Shown here: in pieces, positions 51,849 to 64,000 of the stretch | Layout of the letters: each line of letters begins with the position of its first letter | How positions within the stretch are numbered: position 1 is the first letter of the stretch | From: Eledone cirrhosa | Lineage: Eukaryota | Length of the DNA: 64,000 bases | Assembly (NCBI GenBank): GCA_964016885.1 | Contig: OZ024740.1 | Span: 144,460,001 to 144,524,000 of the forward strand | Direction of reading: 5' to 3' | Made by a program: the position numbers and the translations under genes | Notes under the pieces: model-generated | What the model saw: the letters and a program-made list of their open reading frames with translations, nothing else | The model's database searches: none | What the model was told of the DNA's origin: nothing

Positions 51849-52077
51849 TTAACCCTTTATCATTTACATTACTCTGTATATACTATTGTATTTTCACGGT
51901 AAACACTTTACCTCACAGAATTATCTCACATAATATCGAACCTATGAGAATTTGATATTATTTATGTTAAGAACAATACCTTAATATCAGTTTGAGTGGC
52001 CGGTTACAGCCAGTTTGAACAGAAAGAGGTGAGAGAATCCTGGCTGGATACAACCAGTTTAAATGCTAAAGTGCTAA
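51849..52077 (+). mobile_element. TTAA-type MITE
   Basis: TTAACCCTTTATCATTTA ... TAAATGCTAAAGTGCTAA; homologous to 28345-28571. Confidence 0.82.
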
Positions 52078-52393
52078 AGTTGAAAGTATTGAGGCTCCAC
52101 TTCTATGTTTCATGTTTCAAAGTCATAGATGACAAATAAAAGGCAAATCTCTTTAGATTTGAAGTTTGTTTGTCTTCTTTTTATCTTTAGATTCTTTGAT
52201 AAGTTTTCATCCTACACATATTTTCATATTTGGCTTAATATAGTTGTTTTCTTTCCAATTCACATTAAATAATGTCTGCACTGGTAGTTCCCACTAATAT
52301 ATATAAGTATGTTTCAGCTATTGAAAGAGTTGCATCTTGAATAGGGTAACCACAGTAAGTAAGGTACTCAATACATAGCAGAGTATAAATATT

Positions 52394-52447
52394 TAATATA
52401 GAAACGGCTTCTATAGTTCTAGTTCTGTAGAAGCCATTTCTATATTA
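52394..52447. repeat. 23-bp-stem hairpin
   Basis: TAATATAGAAACGGCTTCTATAG / CTGTAGAAGCCATTTCTATATTA, two non-Watson-Crick positions, 8-nt loop. Confidence 0.8.
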
Positions 52448-53198
52448 TATATATATGTATGTATGTATATATATATCTATATATATATATATATATACAC
52501 CTATATATATATATATCAGCTGTATAATTGCATTATAATTGGTGGAAATCAGCACCCTCCCCCACCCTCATGTCATTTTTGGCCTACCCTGCCTCTTCCC
52601 GAGAACCTAATGGCTTGAGTCTTTAAGTTAAAAGCCCCTGTTATAAAAGGTAAAAGCGTGTTTTATGTCAGATAAAACAATAATATCAATGAGTTGTGGT
52701 CCCCCCCCCCCCCCAGTATGCCTCTAGTAAGCAAGCAAATTTATTCCTTATTCCTCAACTTTTTATTTTAGCTATTTTTTTTTACCCTAAAAAAAAATCC
52801 CAATTTTATGCTTTATTTCCATGTTGTAAATGTTAAGGAAAGACAACTCTTTGGTAGTTATTTATTTTATAACGAACATGAAACACTTTACTTTATGAAG
52901 TTCGGTGGGGCGAGTTACGTTCCTTTACATCCAAATGGTAAAAAGAATATGGGGATAGTATAGACTAGAATTAAATATGGCCGACAATAAAATAATTTCC
53001 CTCCAGTTTCATTTCAAGATTATGATTGATTGACCACAATCTTGTATGAGTATTGGACCAGCTTAAATAATTATTGAATTCTTAAAGAAAATTTCAATTT
53101 ATTACGACTAATACGTGTTTTTAGTGATAAATGAAGTATTTGAGAATGGCATTGACGCCTAATTGGAAACAGTGGGAAAAACTATTTGGAGTTGGCAT

Positions 53199-53357
53199 TG
53201 GTGGATTGGCAGCAAAGAGTTACGGCCCTTCATGGTCGGAGTTCAAATCCCGCCGAAGTTAACTTTGCCTTTCATCCTTTCGGGGTCGATAAAATAAAGT
53301 ACCAATAATACACTGGGATAATTGCTGGCCTTGTGCCAAAAGTAGAAACAATTATTA
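53199..53357 (+). mobile_element. ATT-tailed SINE with a head deletion
   Basis: B-box, core and tail match the family. Confidence 0.88.
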
Positions 53358-53610
53358 CCAACATAATTTTGGGCAATCACTTTGCCATGGCTCCTTCGTT
53401 TGTCACAGTAGACTAGCATTAACCTCATTATCTATCTGTGATGCACTGACGTAATTAATCAAGATTTTTTCTTCACTTAGCGAGACGACAGGACAAACTA
53501 ATTGATAAGTGGGAGTAGTTCTGTCATAATACATTTGAACCAACAAAAAAGCTTTCAGTCTGCCTGGCCACACAACCTACTAGAAATAATAGTTAAATCA
53601 CATTTTACTC

Positions 53611-53774
53611 CAGGCATGGGCAACCTTTTTCGAGCAGTGGGCTGCACAGGGTGTAATTCTTCATTAGACGAGCCGTGTTACTAAAGAATTCAAGGCTATT
53701 TTGAAATTAGGCATGCTATTCAGAAAGTCAAACAGGCCGCATAAAGCTCGCGGGCCGCAGTTTGCCTGTGACTG
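53611..53774. mobile_element. hAT-type MITE
   Basis: Termini CAGGCATGGGCAAC / GTTTGCCTGTGACTG, subterminal GGCCGC motifs, 8-bp TSD TTTTACTC/TATTACTC. Confidence 0.75.
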
Positions 53775-54000
53775 TATTACTCTTTTAAATAAAGGATATA
53801 TTGTATAATGTACAAAAAGACAGGATGGTACGACTGGAACAATTTTGATAATTATCCTACTCAATTAGAACTGACTTATCCATTTGAGTTCAGTTTACTG
53901 CAGAACAAAGAATTATTAACGTACATTACATGGAAATTTTCAAAAATGTTATATAGCGAAAAAATGTAGAAATAGGGAAAACTGTGACTTAATTTGTTTT

Positions 54001-54457
54001 ATAACCCTTTAGCATTTACATACTCTATATTTACTATTGTATTTTCATGGTAAACACTTTATTTAACATAATATTGAATCTATGAAATTCTGATATTATC
54101 TGTTTTGAGAATGGTGGATTGATTGGCAGTATCGGTAGCAGGAGGATTTGAACACTATGCTGCAAAGCATGTTGTCTGATTGGCAGTATCGGTAGAGCGT
54201 CAGACAGCATGCTTTGCAGCATAGTGTTCAAATCCTCCTGAGGTTTGCTTTGCCTTTCATCTTTACAGGGACGATAAAATAAAAGCATCAGTAATGCACT
54301 GGGATAATTGCTGGCCTTGTACCAAAAGTAGAAGCAATTATCTTTTTTGAGAACAATACCTTAACATTAGTATGAGTGGCCAGTTATGGCTGGTTTGAAC
54401 AGAAAGAGGTGAGAGAATTCTGGCCAGATATGGCTGGTTTAGATGTTAAAGGGTTAA
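54001..54457 (+). mobile_element. TTAA-type MITE interrupted by a SINE (54112-54336)
   Basis: TIRs ATAACCCTTTAGCAT / ATGTTAAAGGGTTAA; the SINE is flanked by a 17-bp TSD (54095-54111, 54337-54353). Confidence 0.88.
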
Positions 54458-54751
54458 TCATGCTTATGTGAAACATTTGTTCGATGTTGGAGCATTTGGG
54501 CAATAAACTAATTTCTTCAATTTCAACACGCTGAATAACACGTTAATATCATGTCAAAAATTGAATCAAAATAAACAAAGCCCTTTTAGTTACTAAAGGA
54601 TATTCTTCCACAGGTGGAAATGGAAAACTTTCCAAAAGACCACTCTTCATACAGTTTACTATCATGGGATATGAAAGGCAATTCTTCAAATATTTCAAAC
54701 CAATATCAGTTGAAATTTTGAGGTTTCGAACCTATTTATATTGATCAATAA

Positions 54752-55010
54752 TGAAGTGTGGCTTAATGGTTAGGGCATTTGGCTCATGATTGTGAAGTCA
54801 CGCATTCAATTCCTGTATCTGGTGGTGTGTTGTGTCATTGAGCATGACACTTTATTTCATGTTGCAAAAATGAGTTGTACCTGTAATTCACAGATCACAC
54901 TGAAACACCCTGAGAAGTACGTTAAGGGTGCTTATGTCTGTGGAATGCTCAGTGACTTACACATCAATTTCCCAAGCAGGCAGTTCTGTTCATTGAATAA
55001 ACTGGAATAA
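54752..55010 (+). mobile_element. Old tRNA-derived SINE with CORE-like body
   Basis: TGGCTTAATGGTTAG A-box, TTCAATTCC, TTGAGCATGACACTTTATTTCA; related to 6505-6671. Confidence 0.65.
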
Positions 55011-55261
55011 CTCATGAGAAACTAGGGAGGTGCAACAACTATATATATATATATCTATATTGTTATACTTTGGGAGGGTCATGCTGCCAATAAACACACA
55101 CACCTGTTGGTTTTTCACTTCAATTTATAAATTTCCGGTTGGTTGGTTCAATAACTGGATGGTTGTTTATATATATTGTCAAAGCTCTTTCGTCACACAT
55201 TCTGCGACCTCCTCAGTGACTGATTTCTTATTTTGTGTCTCTCCTACACCATCACAGAATG

Positions 55262-55863
55262 TGTGACAAATGAGGAGAATAGCCTGCCCCAAGTGAACCC
55301 AACAGAGAGATCAGCCGTACAAGTCGGCAGCAGTGGAGTATGTAAGGCAATTAAGAATATGAAGACAGGCAAAGCAGCTGGTCCATCAGGGATAGTTACT
55401 GAGATGCTCTAGGATAGTAGGTCACACTATAACCACCCATATTATAAGCCAAGTCATTCAAAATGGTATTATGCCCATTGAGTGGTGTAGCAGCAGCATC
55501 ATCAACTGCTACAAGAGCAAAAGTGATGCACTGGAGAAGAAATAACCAGAGCATCAAATTGATGGACCAGATCATGAAAGTTATAGAAAGTCATTGTACA
55601 ACTAATGAGGGATTGAAGTAACCTGGATGAGATACAGTTTGGATTTGTGCCATGTAAAAGTATCATGGATTCCCTCTTCCTTGTGAGGCAACTTCAGAAG
55701 TAACAACCTAAAAGTAAACTCCTTTACTTAGCATTTGTTGAGCTGGAGAAAGCTTTTGACAGGGTCTCGCATTCTGTAATCTGATGGGCACTTAGGAAGC
55801 TAGAGGTAGATGAGTGGCTTGTGAAGGTAGTATAAGCCATGTACAGAGATGCAGTCAGCAAGG
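55262..55863 (+). mobile_element. Old internal fragment of the main RTE lineage
   Basis: Collinear with the RT N-terminal region ([22 protein letters not shown]); many stops. Confidence 0.85.
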
Positions 55864-57540
55864 TTCTTCTCTTTGCCCACTTATTCCTATAAGAGTCATG
55901 GTGGCAGAGTCTTCAAACACTACTTTGGCTCCTGTCAGAAGCAACCATCTCCAACTGATCCAGCTGGATCCCCAAGCGAGGCTAGCCAAGCTCATGGAAG
56001 TTAATCCACCTATCTTGCTCGGGGTATACCCCTGGGTCTCCTGCTGGTTGGTTTTGCCCATAAATTATGTCCAGTGATTCTTTCCAGAGACATTCCAACC
56101 ACATGCCCATAGTATTGGGGCTGTGATCTCTCAATTCAGAGAAGTAGCGGATCTACCTGGAGTGACTCTCTAAGCTATGCACTCCATAAAACAACCTTAC
56201 ACCATAGACACTTCGAAGGAACCCCATTTCTGCCACTAGTATCCATTTGATCATAACCCAAGATTCATGACCATAAGTAAGGGTTGGCCCAAATGCCAAA
56301 TTGAAGATAATGAGTTTGGATTTTATACCTACCTCCCTTCTTCTGACAACTAAATGTTGAAACTGGCTCATTACTGCAATTCTTGCACTTAATTCAGCCT
56401 CCTGCCTTCCATCACTTGTGAACCCACCCCTACGACACTTGAACTTCTTCTCCTGCTTCAGTGGAACTCCACTCACATGTAGAGTGCACTGTGCAGGTTT
56501 CTTTGAGTGGACAAGTGTCTCAGTCTTCACAGCACTGATTTTCATTCCAGCCTTGCAGCACTCAGTATCAAACCTATCAAGTGCATATCAGAGATCACCT
56601 TCTGACAAATTAAGTAATACCATATCTTTTGCAAATTCCAGCTGATTGCTCCTACACTCACCAGTTGTGATACCATTCCAACCTGGTTGCGCATGTCAAT
56701 CCTGTTCATGAATATTATGAACAGAAGAGGTGACAGTACACACCGTTGGCAGAGTCCAACTCCCACATTGTATGGTTTCAATTTAGCATCATTTATCCGA
56801 ACACAAATATTAGGGCATCTATAGAGACATAAGAGCAACAAAAAGCTGTCCAACAATCCCATAATTTTGCAGAACTTTCCACATTGTCTTGTGGAATGCA
56901 GTCGGATGCCATTTTGAGGTCCATGACACAAGCATGCACCTCTTAGCAGTACTCCTACGATTTCCCTAAGACCTTCTGCAGTGTGAATATTTGGTTGGCT
57001 GTGCTGCATCCAGGGCAAATACCACTGTTCATCAGCTAGCTTGGACTTGACAATCTCCCTACATGTCTTTGCCAGATGCCTAGTATAAACTCTATAATTG
57101 AGATTATCACTCCCGATTGCCATTGCTTAGGTGCCTTTCCAGAGATGCAGGCCATACAGCACACACAAGTCAATGAGGCTGGATTTTATCCTCCCCAGTG
57201 GCCTTGCCACATTTGAGCTCTTTAATTGCTTGTAACTTCAGCCTCCAAGAGGTTAGTCATCGCTCCCAGATGCAACTCATGTACATCAGATGCTTTTGTG
57301 CCTCAGTTTAGGAGATCAGCAAAGTATTCTCTCCACCTTGCTGAAGAGAGAACCCCAAACACGTTCCCAATATCAGGTGTGGAGGAGGATTTCTTATTAG
57401 GAAATTGGCGGATGGTGTGCCAGAACACTTTATTTGCTGATCTGAAGTCAGATTCCAACTTAACCCCAAAGTTGTCCCATGTCTTTAACTTTGGAAGCCT
57501 TTACTGTCTCAGCTGTGACTTTTCACGACTGTTTATACTG
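55864..57540 (-). mobile_element. Decayed RTE-clade LINE of a different family (Expander/Rex3-like, no PHD)
   Basis: Minus remnants [51 protein letters not shown]. Confidence 0.8.
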
Positions 57541-57826
57541 TAAGTGCAAGAAGGACAGTAAATGATGAAAAAGTTATTTATTTTAAATTCCTCCAAATCA
57601 TTGATTATTTTAAAAATTGTGTTGAAACATATAGGTAGTGTATTTCATTAGAAATCATCATTGTTTTTATGTTCGTTTTTTCCACGCTTGTACTCTGTAA
57701 ACCAGTGCCTTAGACCACACTGCCTATAACAAAAGAGTTAAAAAGAGTGACATCATTGCTTGCTGCTCACTGTTGAAAAAGTGTGTGTGTGGAGTGAAAT
57801 TCTAGAGGAGAAAAACAGCACTAAAA

Positions 57827-57909
57827 GTGTGAAAGGGAGCATAAATACAATGTTAATTATAGAGAAACACAGCACTAAAAGTATAAAAAGGAGCATAAAT
57901 ACAATGTTA
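57827..57909. repeat. Two-copy ~54-bp tandem repeat
   Basis: GAGAAA.ACAGCACTAAAAGT..AAA.GGAGCATAAATACAATGTTA occurs twice. Confidence 0.85.
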
Positions 57910-58567
57910 TACATGATTCTCATTTATGAAAGACTTACATGTCCTGTTTGTGACCAAAGTGGTGCATTCAGGATTGGAAAGCAATCATCAAAGAATCCCC
58001 AAATGAAAATGGCCACCAGAAGCAAGTAAGTACATGTATGTATGGACCTGTAACTCCTGATGGAGTTGTTGAGGCAGTTTTGAGCATTTTAAACCAGATC
58101 ATGACACAACTGATTTCTTTTAGCAAAGGAGAGAGATAGTGATAGAGAAGTGAGAAATATTGAGGGAAAATCAATTCCAGTACTGGACTGGTATTTTTTT
58201 TTATCAACCTTGAAAGGATGAAAAGCAAAGTTGACCTTTGAAGGTTTTGAATTCAGAACACAGTGAACTGGAACACAGCAAAGCATTCTGTCTGACATTC
58301 TAATGACTCTGCCAATTAGTCATCTGTAAATAAGCAACATACACATAAAATGATGATGTTACACACATACATACATAAGAGAAGGCCTGTGCACATAACA
58401 CTAATATAACATAAGTTATGTGTAAAACTATTTAGTAAATGATTGAGACAGAAAAGTTGAATTGGATCTTTCTTAGTTCTCATCACCATTTTTAAATCAT
58501 TTCACCTCTAAGGATATTTAGTTTTCTTAGCATTCCTATCTTTAAAAAATATCTCTACATAGTAATT

Positions 58568-58751
58568 GTTTCTACTTTAGGCACAAGGCCAGCAATTATC
58601 CCAGTACATTACTGGTACTTTATTTTATCGACCCCGTAAGGATGAAAGGCAAAGTTAACCTCGGCGGGATTTGAACTCAGACTGTAAAGGGACGTAACTA
58701 TGCTGGAAAGCATGGTGTCCAACCCTCTATCAATACTGCCAATTCACCACC
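58568..58751 (-). mobile_element. ATT-tailed SINE with a 15-bp TSD
   Basis: CTCTACATAGTAATT at 58553-58567 and 58752-58766. Confidence 0.92.
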
Positions 58752-58914
58752 CTCTACATAGTAATTAATGCCTCTTCATCATCTCTACATAGTAATTAAT
58801 GCCAATTCATCATCTCTACATAATAATTAATGCCTCTTAATCATTAGGGGTGAAACATTAATTTTTTTTTTTCCCATCTAGTATGAATAAGGTACAACTT
58901 CTGACATTGCCATT

Positions 58915-59135
58915 TATCACATCATTTACATTCATTTTTCCATATTTGCATGGGATGGACAGGTCTTTGTCAACACAGCATCTCTCAATTCATTACAGTC
59001 CTTTGTCATCTCCTCTGTGAGCTTCAGCAATCTGAGATCAGCTCTTATAACCTCTGCCCAAGTCTTCATTGGTTTCCCTCTATTGCATCTTTCTTGGAAC
59101 TTCTTCACCCAATGATCATCAATATGCATCACTTA
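58915..59135 (-). mobile_element. 3' fragment of the second RTE family
   Basis: RGKPMKTWAEVIRADLRLLKLTEEM; matches 7434-7645. Confidence 0.75.
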
Positions 59136-59189
59136 TCTCTTAAAGCCATATTTAATTTGTATCACATGATTGTCTATGAATTTAATTCT

Positions 59190-62100
59190 CATTAACCATT
59201 TTCACCAAACTCAACTTTGACATTTAATTTTGTAAATAGTATCCAATACCATTAACAATGACCATGAAGGGCATCATGTTAAAATAGAGATAAATAACAA
59301 AGAAACTCAGTTTCTAAATATGAAGAAAAACAGTTTTAAGAATTTTTATTTGAACAAAACTGGATTTGCATAGGAAGAAAAAAGCATAATGTAAAAGAAT
59401 TGTTAAAAAAGAATACACATCAATTCTAATTGACATCCTCAAAAGACCGATGTTTTGTTATCATTAGAATTGTATGTTAACAGCAAATTTGTGAAGGATT
59501 TCACCTTAAATAATCAAATTTTAGACAAAAATAATTTGATCACACAATTTTCAAAATTGTATATCAGAGAATGACATATGATGATGAAATCCTGTGGATT
59601 GGGTTGTTCATGCTTAGTAAAGTCTCTTTCTCAACCAGTAAAGAAAAACTTTATTTTTCATGGTACTTTGGAGAATCCAAAGAACTTGTTGGCGACACAT
59701 GACAAACATTTGTATAGAAGTCACCACTCAGAAGAGGTGCGTGAAGGTACACAACCGCAATAAGCTATTTCTACTAGTGTAGGCCAAAATGAAAGCCAGG
59801 TCAACAGTAGAGAATAAGAACTTGCTCAAATTAAACTGTTTACATCCATTGAGAAGAATCAGTGTTATATCTGGCATCGTAATGTAGAATACTGACACCT
59901 ATCTCAGACTTGCATTGAAAAACATATGAACTGGGATTATTGTTTAGTCATTGCTCTAAGCAATTTCATTGACTTCCCATAACAATAATTTGAAAATATC
60001 AAGACTTTGGCAAGAAAGAAGAGCTAAGTTGAAACCTTAGTATCCATTTACGTTTACCAAATAAAGTAAAGAATATTGGAATCTGTCATTTTTTTTTAGG
60101 ATACTATAGTTACTGAATGGTCAGGTCAGGAGTCTGGTTACTACTGGTACTATGTAATCCAGTACAACCTGCTTCATGGTTGAGTGGTCAGCAACCAAAC
60201 TGACTCCCTCACCAGACCGCCTGGTGAGGAGAGTACTTAGTATCCATTTAAGTTTACCAAATAAAGTAAAGAATATTGGAATCTGTCATTTTTTTTAGGA
60301 TACTATAGTTACTGAATGGTCAGGTCAGGAGTCTGGCTACTACTGGTACTATGTAATCCAGTACAACCTGCTTCATGGTTGAGTGGTCAGCAACCAAACT
60401 GACTCCCTCACCAGACCGCCTGGTGAGGAGAGTAAGTGGAACTCCAGCAGCACAAAAAAAAAGACCTGATAAAAGGGTGGACGAACTCCTCAGAGTCAAT
60501 AGCCATCCACCCCAACTATGAGTTAAATAGTCTCACCAACCTGCAATTGGCCAAGCACGGTGAGTATAGCTACACATCTGACATGACCAAAATAAAACAG
60601 TAAATGGTGGTGGTCAACCACGGAGGGTTCCTTCAGCAGGAGTGAGAAGGCCTTGGATTGGATTGGATTGGATAGGATAGTTACAGAGTAGATAATACTA
60701 CAACTGATTCAACAATAATTACAATGGTAAAATGCCCACTGAAGTAATTAGATTATTCAATGAAATGTTTTTATAGAGATTGTTCATATAGAAAAGAAAA
60801 CATACCACTGTGAAATGTATGATAAAACATCAACTAATAGCATCTCACTTTATCTCAAAACATTTAAAGATAGATGCTGCTGTGGAATTTGTGGGAAGCA
60901 TTTGCATTGAGTAATCTTCTGGATATAAGAAATTAAGAAGACTGAGTCTATAACAAGTATGTTGAAGGAATTTCATTGTTTTTTTCATCATCCATGTAGA
61001 AAAAAGATAACTATATCATAGTGTTACTCAGAAACATGACTGTAAAACATAGTTCAGGTCTGTTACATTTTATAGTGCACATTCTTAAATTATAATGATT
61101 TGAGCATTTAGTAACATAACATACCATTACTTATTAACTTCTCCAGTGAAGACATAAACAGAAGTAAAATTCATCTCATTTGTATAAACCATTCTCAATT
61201 AAAATTATTTTGACATTCTACTTTGCAAATAGTATCCAATATCCCTGATTATCATTTAAAGATTGAAGTTGAACAAAGCTGGATTTATATAGGGAAAAAA
61301 GCATAATGCATAAGTTATTGAGAAGGAATATACAAATTTAAATTAACATTTCCAAAATGGTGTTCTTTTACCATCAAAAGAATGATACTATGTAAATGGC
61401 AAATTTGTGAAGCATTTAGCCCAAATAATTGCACTTTAGACATGTTAATTAAAAAGGGGTCATTTATCTAAACACAAACGGATTCACACAAGAGTAATAA
61501 TTCTGCCCCATAAAATTGATCTTTCCAAATCATTATCAGAATGATAATGATGACTGCCAAAATAAAAAGAATAATAAAATATATATAAGTATATTTATAT
61601 ATATACTCCTATTTCACACTTTAAGGAGTTTTTCAGAAAATATGCTTTTGGCAGGAATAGCATTATCCACTAACTCATTTGATACCAACTAGCATAAAAC
61701 TGCCTCTGATTCTATAAAACAAAACCATACATTTTAAAGGGTTCATATTTAAATTAAAATCTTCCAACATAATTTGATATAAGAATCTTTTGTTATATTA
61801 TTAAATGGAACACATTTAGAAATGTAAAATACCTTGGCTATGAAATCAGACTGAACTATTCCATGATTTTTTTTAGAATATCAAAATTGGTTTACATACA
61901 TAAGCATGATGTTCTACTAGAAGAGCCAAAAGTGTAGAATAAAAAGAAGAGAATTTTAATGCTCAAGTTAAGTGCTTATATTTTTTTGTCTATATAATGG
62001 AATTAAGCAAATTTATTGAGTACATACTTTTGATCTTATTTTGCCCTTTCAGTTTCACAGGCTCAATACCATTTGAAGGAAATCAGCCAAGCTTTTTATG

Positions 62101-63372
62101 TTTCATTAAGTACAGATGATTATAAAATATTTGCTCAATAAAAAGGGCTCTCATCTAAATACAACAATAATCAATGAAGCAACTAATATGAAAAAGAAAT
62201 ATTGAAAAAAAGAAAGAAAGAAATATTTTAAGGTGGTATCACAGAAGAAGAGAAATCAGGTTTTAACTTCCCACTACTAAAAGTAAGAGAACCTCAAATG
62301 AGCAACTACTGAGAAGTTTCACTCATGAATCGAGTTGTAAAACTGTTCAACCAGATTTCATTAAACAATAATGATTCATAAGTGACTGACCTTTTTGCTC
62401 TAACCATTCCAATGCTACTCAAAGAAAAATAAGTTAAAAGATGCATCTTTGAGAAAGAACTCAGAATGGTGTAGATCAATCATCATATTTGTTGATTTCA
62501 TAAAAAGTATTTGTCAGTATTAACTGCAAAAATACGATTGAAAATCTAATATCCAAGAGCATAATGCAAAGTTTAGAGGGGAAAAAAATGATGGTAGTTA
62601 GCAGGAAAACAAATCATCTTCTGGTTGATGTAATACTTTGGTACGGCAAAAAGCCTATTTTCTTTGTGATTTCATTGTTCATTTCTTTGTTAACTGATGG
62701 ATTATAAAATATATCCCAGTTGAATGAAGAGCTATTTGTTATTTTAAACCAATGAATACGCACAATTCCCACTTTATTTGTGCAACATCAACAAAAATGA
62801 TTAGATGACAGGATTTCAAAAATGTAGTGTCACTATAACTGACATATGATGATGAATCTTTTTTATGTGGACTGGGTTCTTCTTATTTATGAACTTAGTA
62901 AAGCCTCTTCCTCATCCAGCAATGAAAAAAAAAACTTTACTTTTATGATACTTTTAAGTATCTGAAGAACATGTAAAAGACAAAAATGGCAGTTCATTTA
63001 GAAATTACCATAATCAACTGCAATAAGATGCTCATAATTACTGGTGGAGGCCAAAAGGGCCACATCAACAGCAGAGAATAAAGAAAAAGAGCCCTTCACT
63101 CCAGATGGAGTCATAGGGGCACCATCCTAAAATGCAGTGTGCCATGGGCATTTTAAACCTGGTAGAGCCCATCCCACTATTTCGAAACAATAATTACAAT
63201 GGCAAAATGGCCACTGAAGTAATTATGCCATTTAATGAAATCTTTTTATGGATTGGTCATATAGAAAAGAAAACATACCACTGTGAAATGTGTGATAAAA
63301 CATCAACTAATAGCATCTCACTTTATGTCAAAGAATTTATAGATAGATGCTATTGTGAAATTTGTGGGAAGA
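59190..63372 (+). pseudogene. Duplicated, decayed C2H2 zinc-finger-like sequence
   Basis: EKKTYHCEMCDK and YCEICGK (~63262-63372; paralog ~60790-60898) and GHLSKHKRIHT (61458-61490); diverged direct repeats; no long ORF. Confidence 0.5.
60036..60434. repeat. Near-perfect 200-bp tandem duplication
   Basis: Units 60036-60235 and 60236-60434 differ at about three positions. Confidence 0.95.
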
Positions 63373-63399
63373 TTTACATCATGTAATTATCTATTTGAA

Positions 63400-64000
63400 T
63401 GTGTTCAGCATTGTTTTCTCTGCAGTGCTTCATGATGCCTTCAAGCACTGTGATAGAGTTATGATGACCCAATTATGCATGGATGGCAGTCTTTTTAATT
63501 GTGTATGATGCTGCTGACTGCTGCCTGGTTGCCCACTCTGGAAGATGCTTAGAGTATTGTAGAAGACTTTGCCAGGACTATTGTCTGGTATGAACTGACC
63601 ACATGTAGAAAGAAGACAGAGGTACTCTGCTCACCTTGTCACAGCACCCTTTCTGCCAATCCTTTTATTATCATCAACAAGGAACCACTCAAGGCCGCAG
63701 GCAAGCTCTGCTACCACAGTGGTGTGATTTTGCAGAATACCAAGATTGATGGTAAAGTGACGACATACATCAGCAAGGCCAGTGGGTCATTTCGACTAAG
63801 TACTAAGACTCAAGCCTACGATATGGTGATTCTGTTCACCATCCTATGTGGCTATGAGACATAGACCACATACCACTCCCATCATCATGTAAGCACAACT
63901 CTTCTGGACATGTGTCATGTATGGTTCTCTCCTATTTAGCCAGCAGGACAAGAGGCATTGGTCATGAGGTAGGCAGTATAAGCAGTACAAAGATCTCCTT
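63400..64000 (+). mobile_element. Highly decayed BovB-like RTE fragment
   Basis: Remnants DGSLFN, ADCCLVAHS, ISKASGSF, LSTKTQAY..ILCGYET*TTY. Confidence 0.6.

Noticed and set aside
57827-58837. Short direct repeats as a possible CRISPR array
   Set aside because: The units are contiguous with no unique spacers, there are no cas genes, and the context is eukaryotic.

Overview
AT-rich eukaryotic (animal) non-coding DNA made almost entirely of transposable elements and microsatellites. No intact host gene is supported. The SINE families, long (TA)n tracts and style of the zinc-finger relics suggest a cephalopod such as Octopus (inference). The dominant family is an RTE-clade LINE (APE endonuclease + RT, (GAT)n tail) with three near-identical young 5'-truncated copies, two near-full-length decayed copies and many fragments. 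It carries a canonical C4HC3 PHD-type finger inserted inside the RT domain, and most copies sit in (TA)n tracts. Also present: an R4/Dong-like LINE with a restriction-like endonuclease whose four copies all sit in (TAA)n, nested CR1 copies, other RTE relics, two or three tRNA-derived SINE families, a deleted mariner, TTAA-type and hAT-type MITEs, several foldback palindromes, a hammerhead-ribozyme-like fold between TA tracts, and a duplicated decayed C2H2 zinc-finger region near the right end. Boundaries of decayed elements are approximate and were read by eye.
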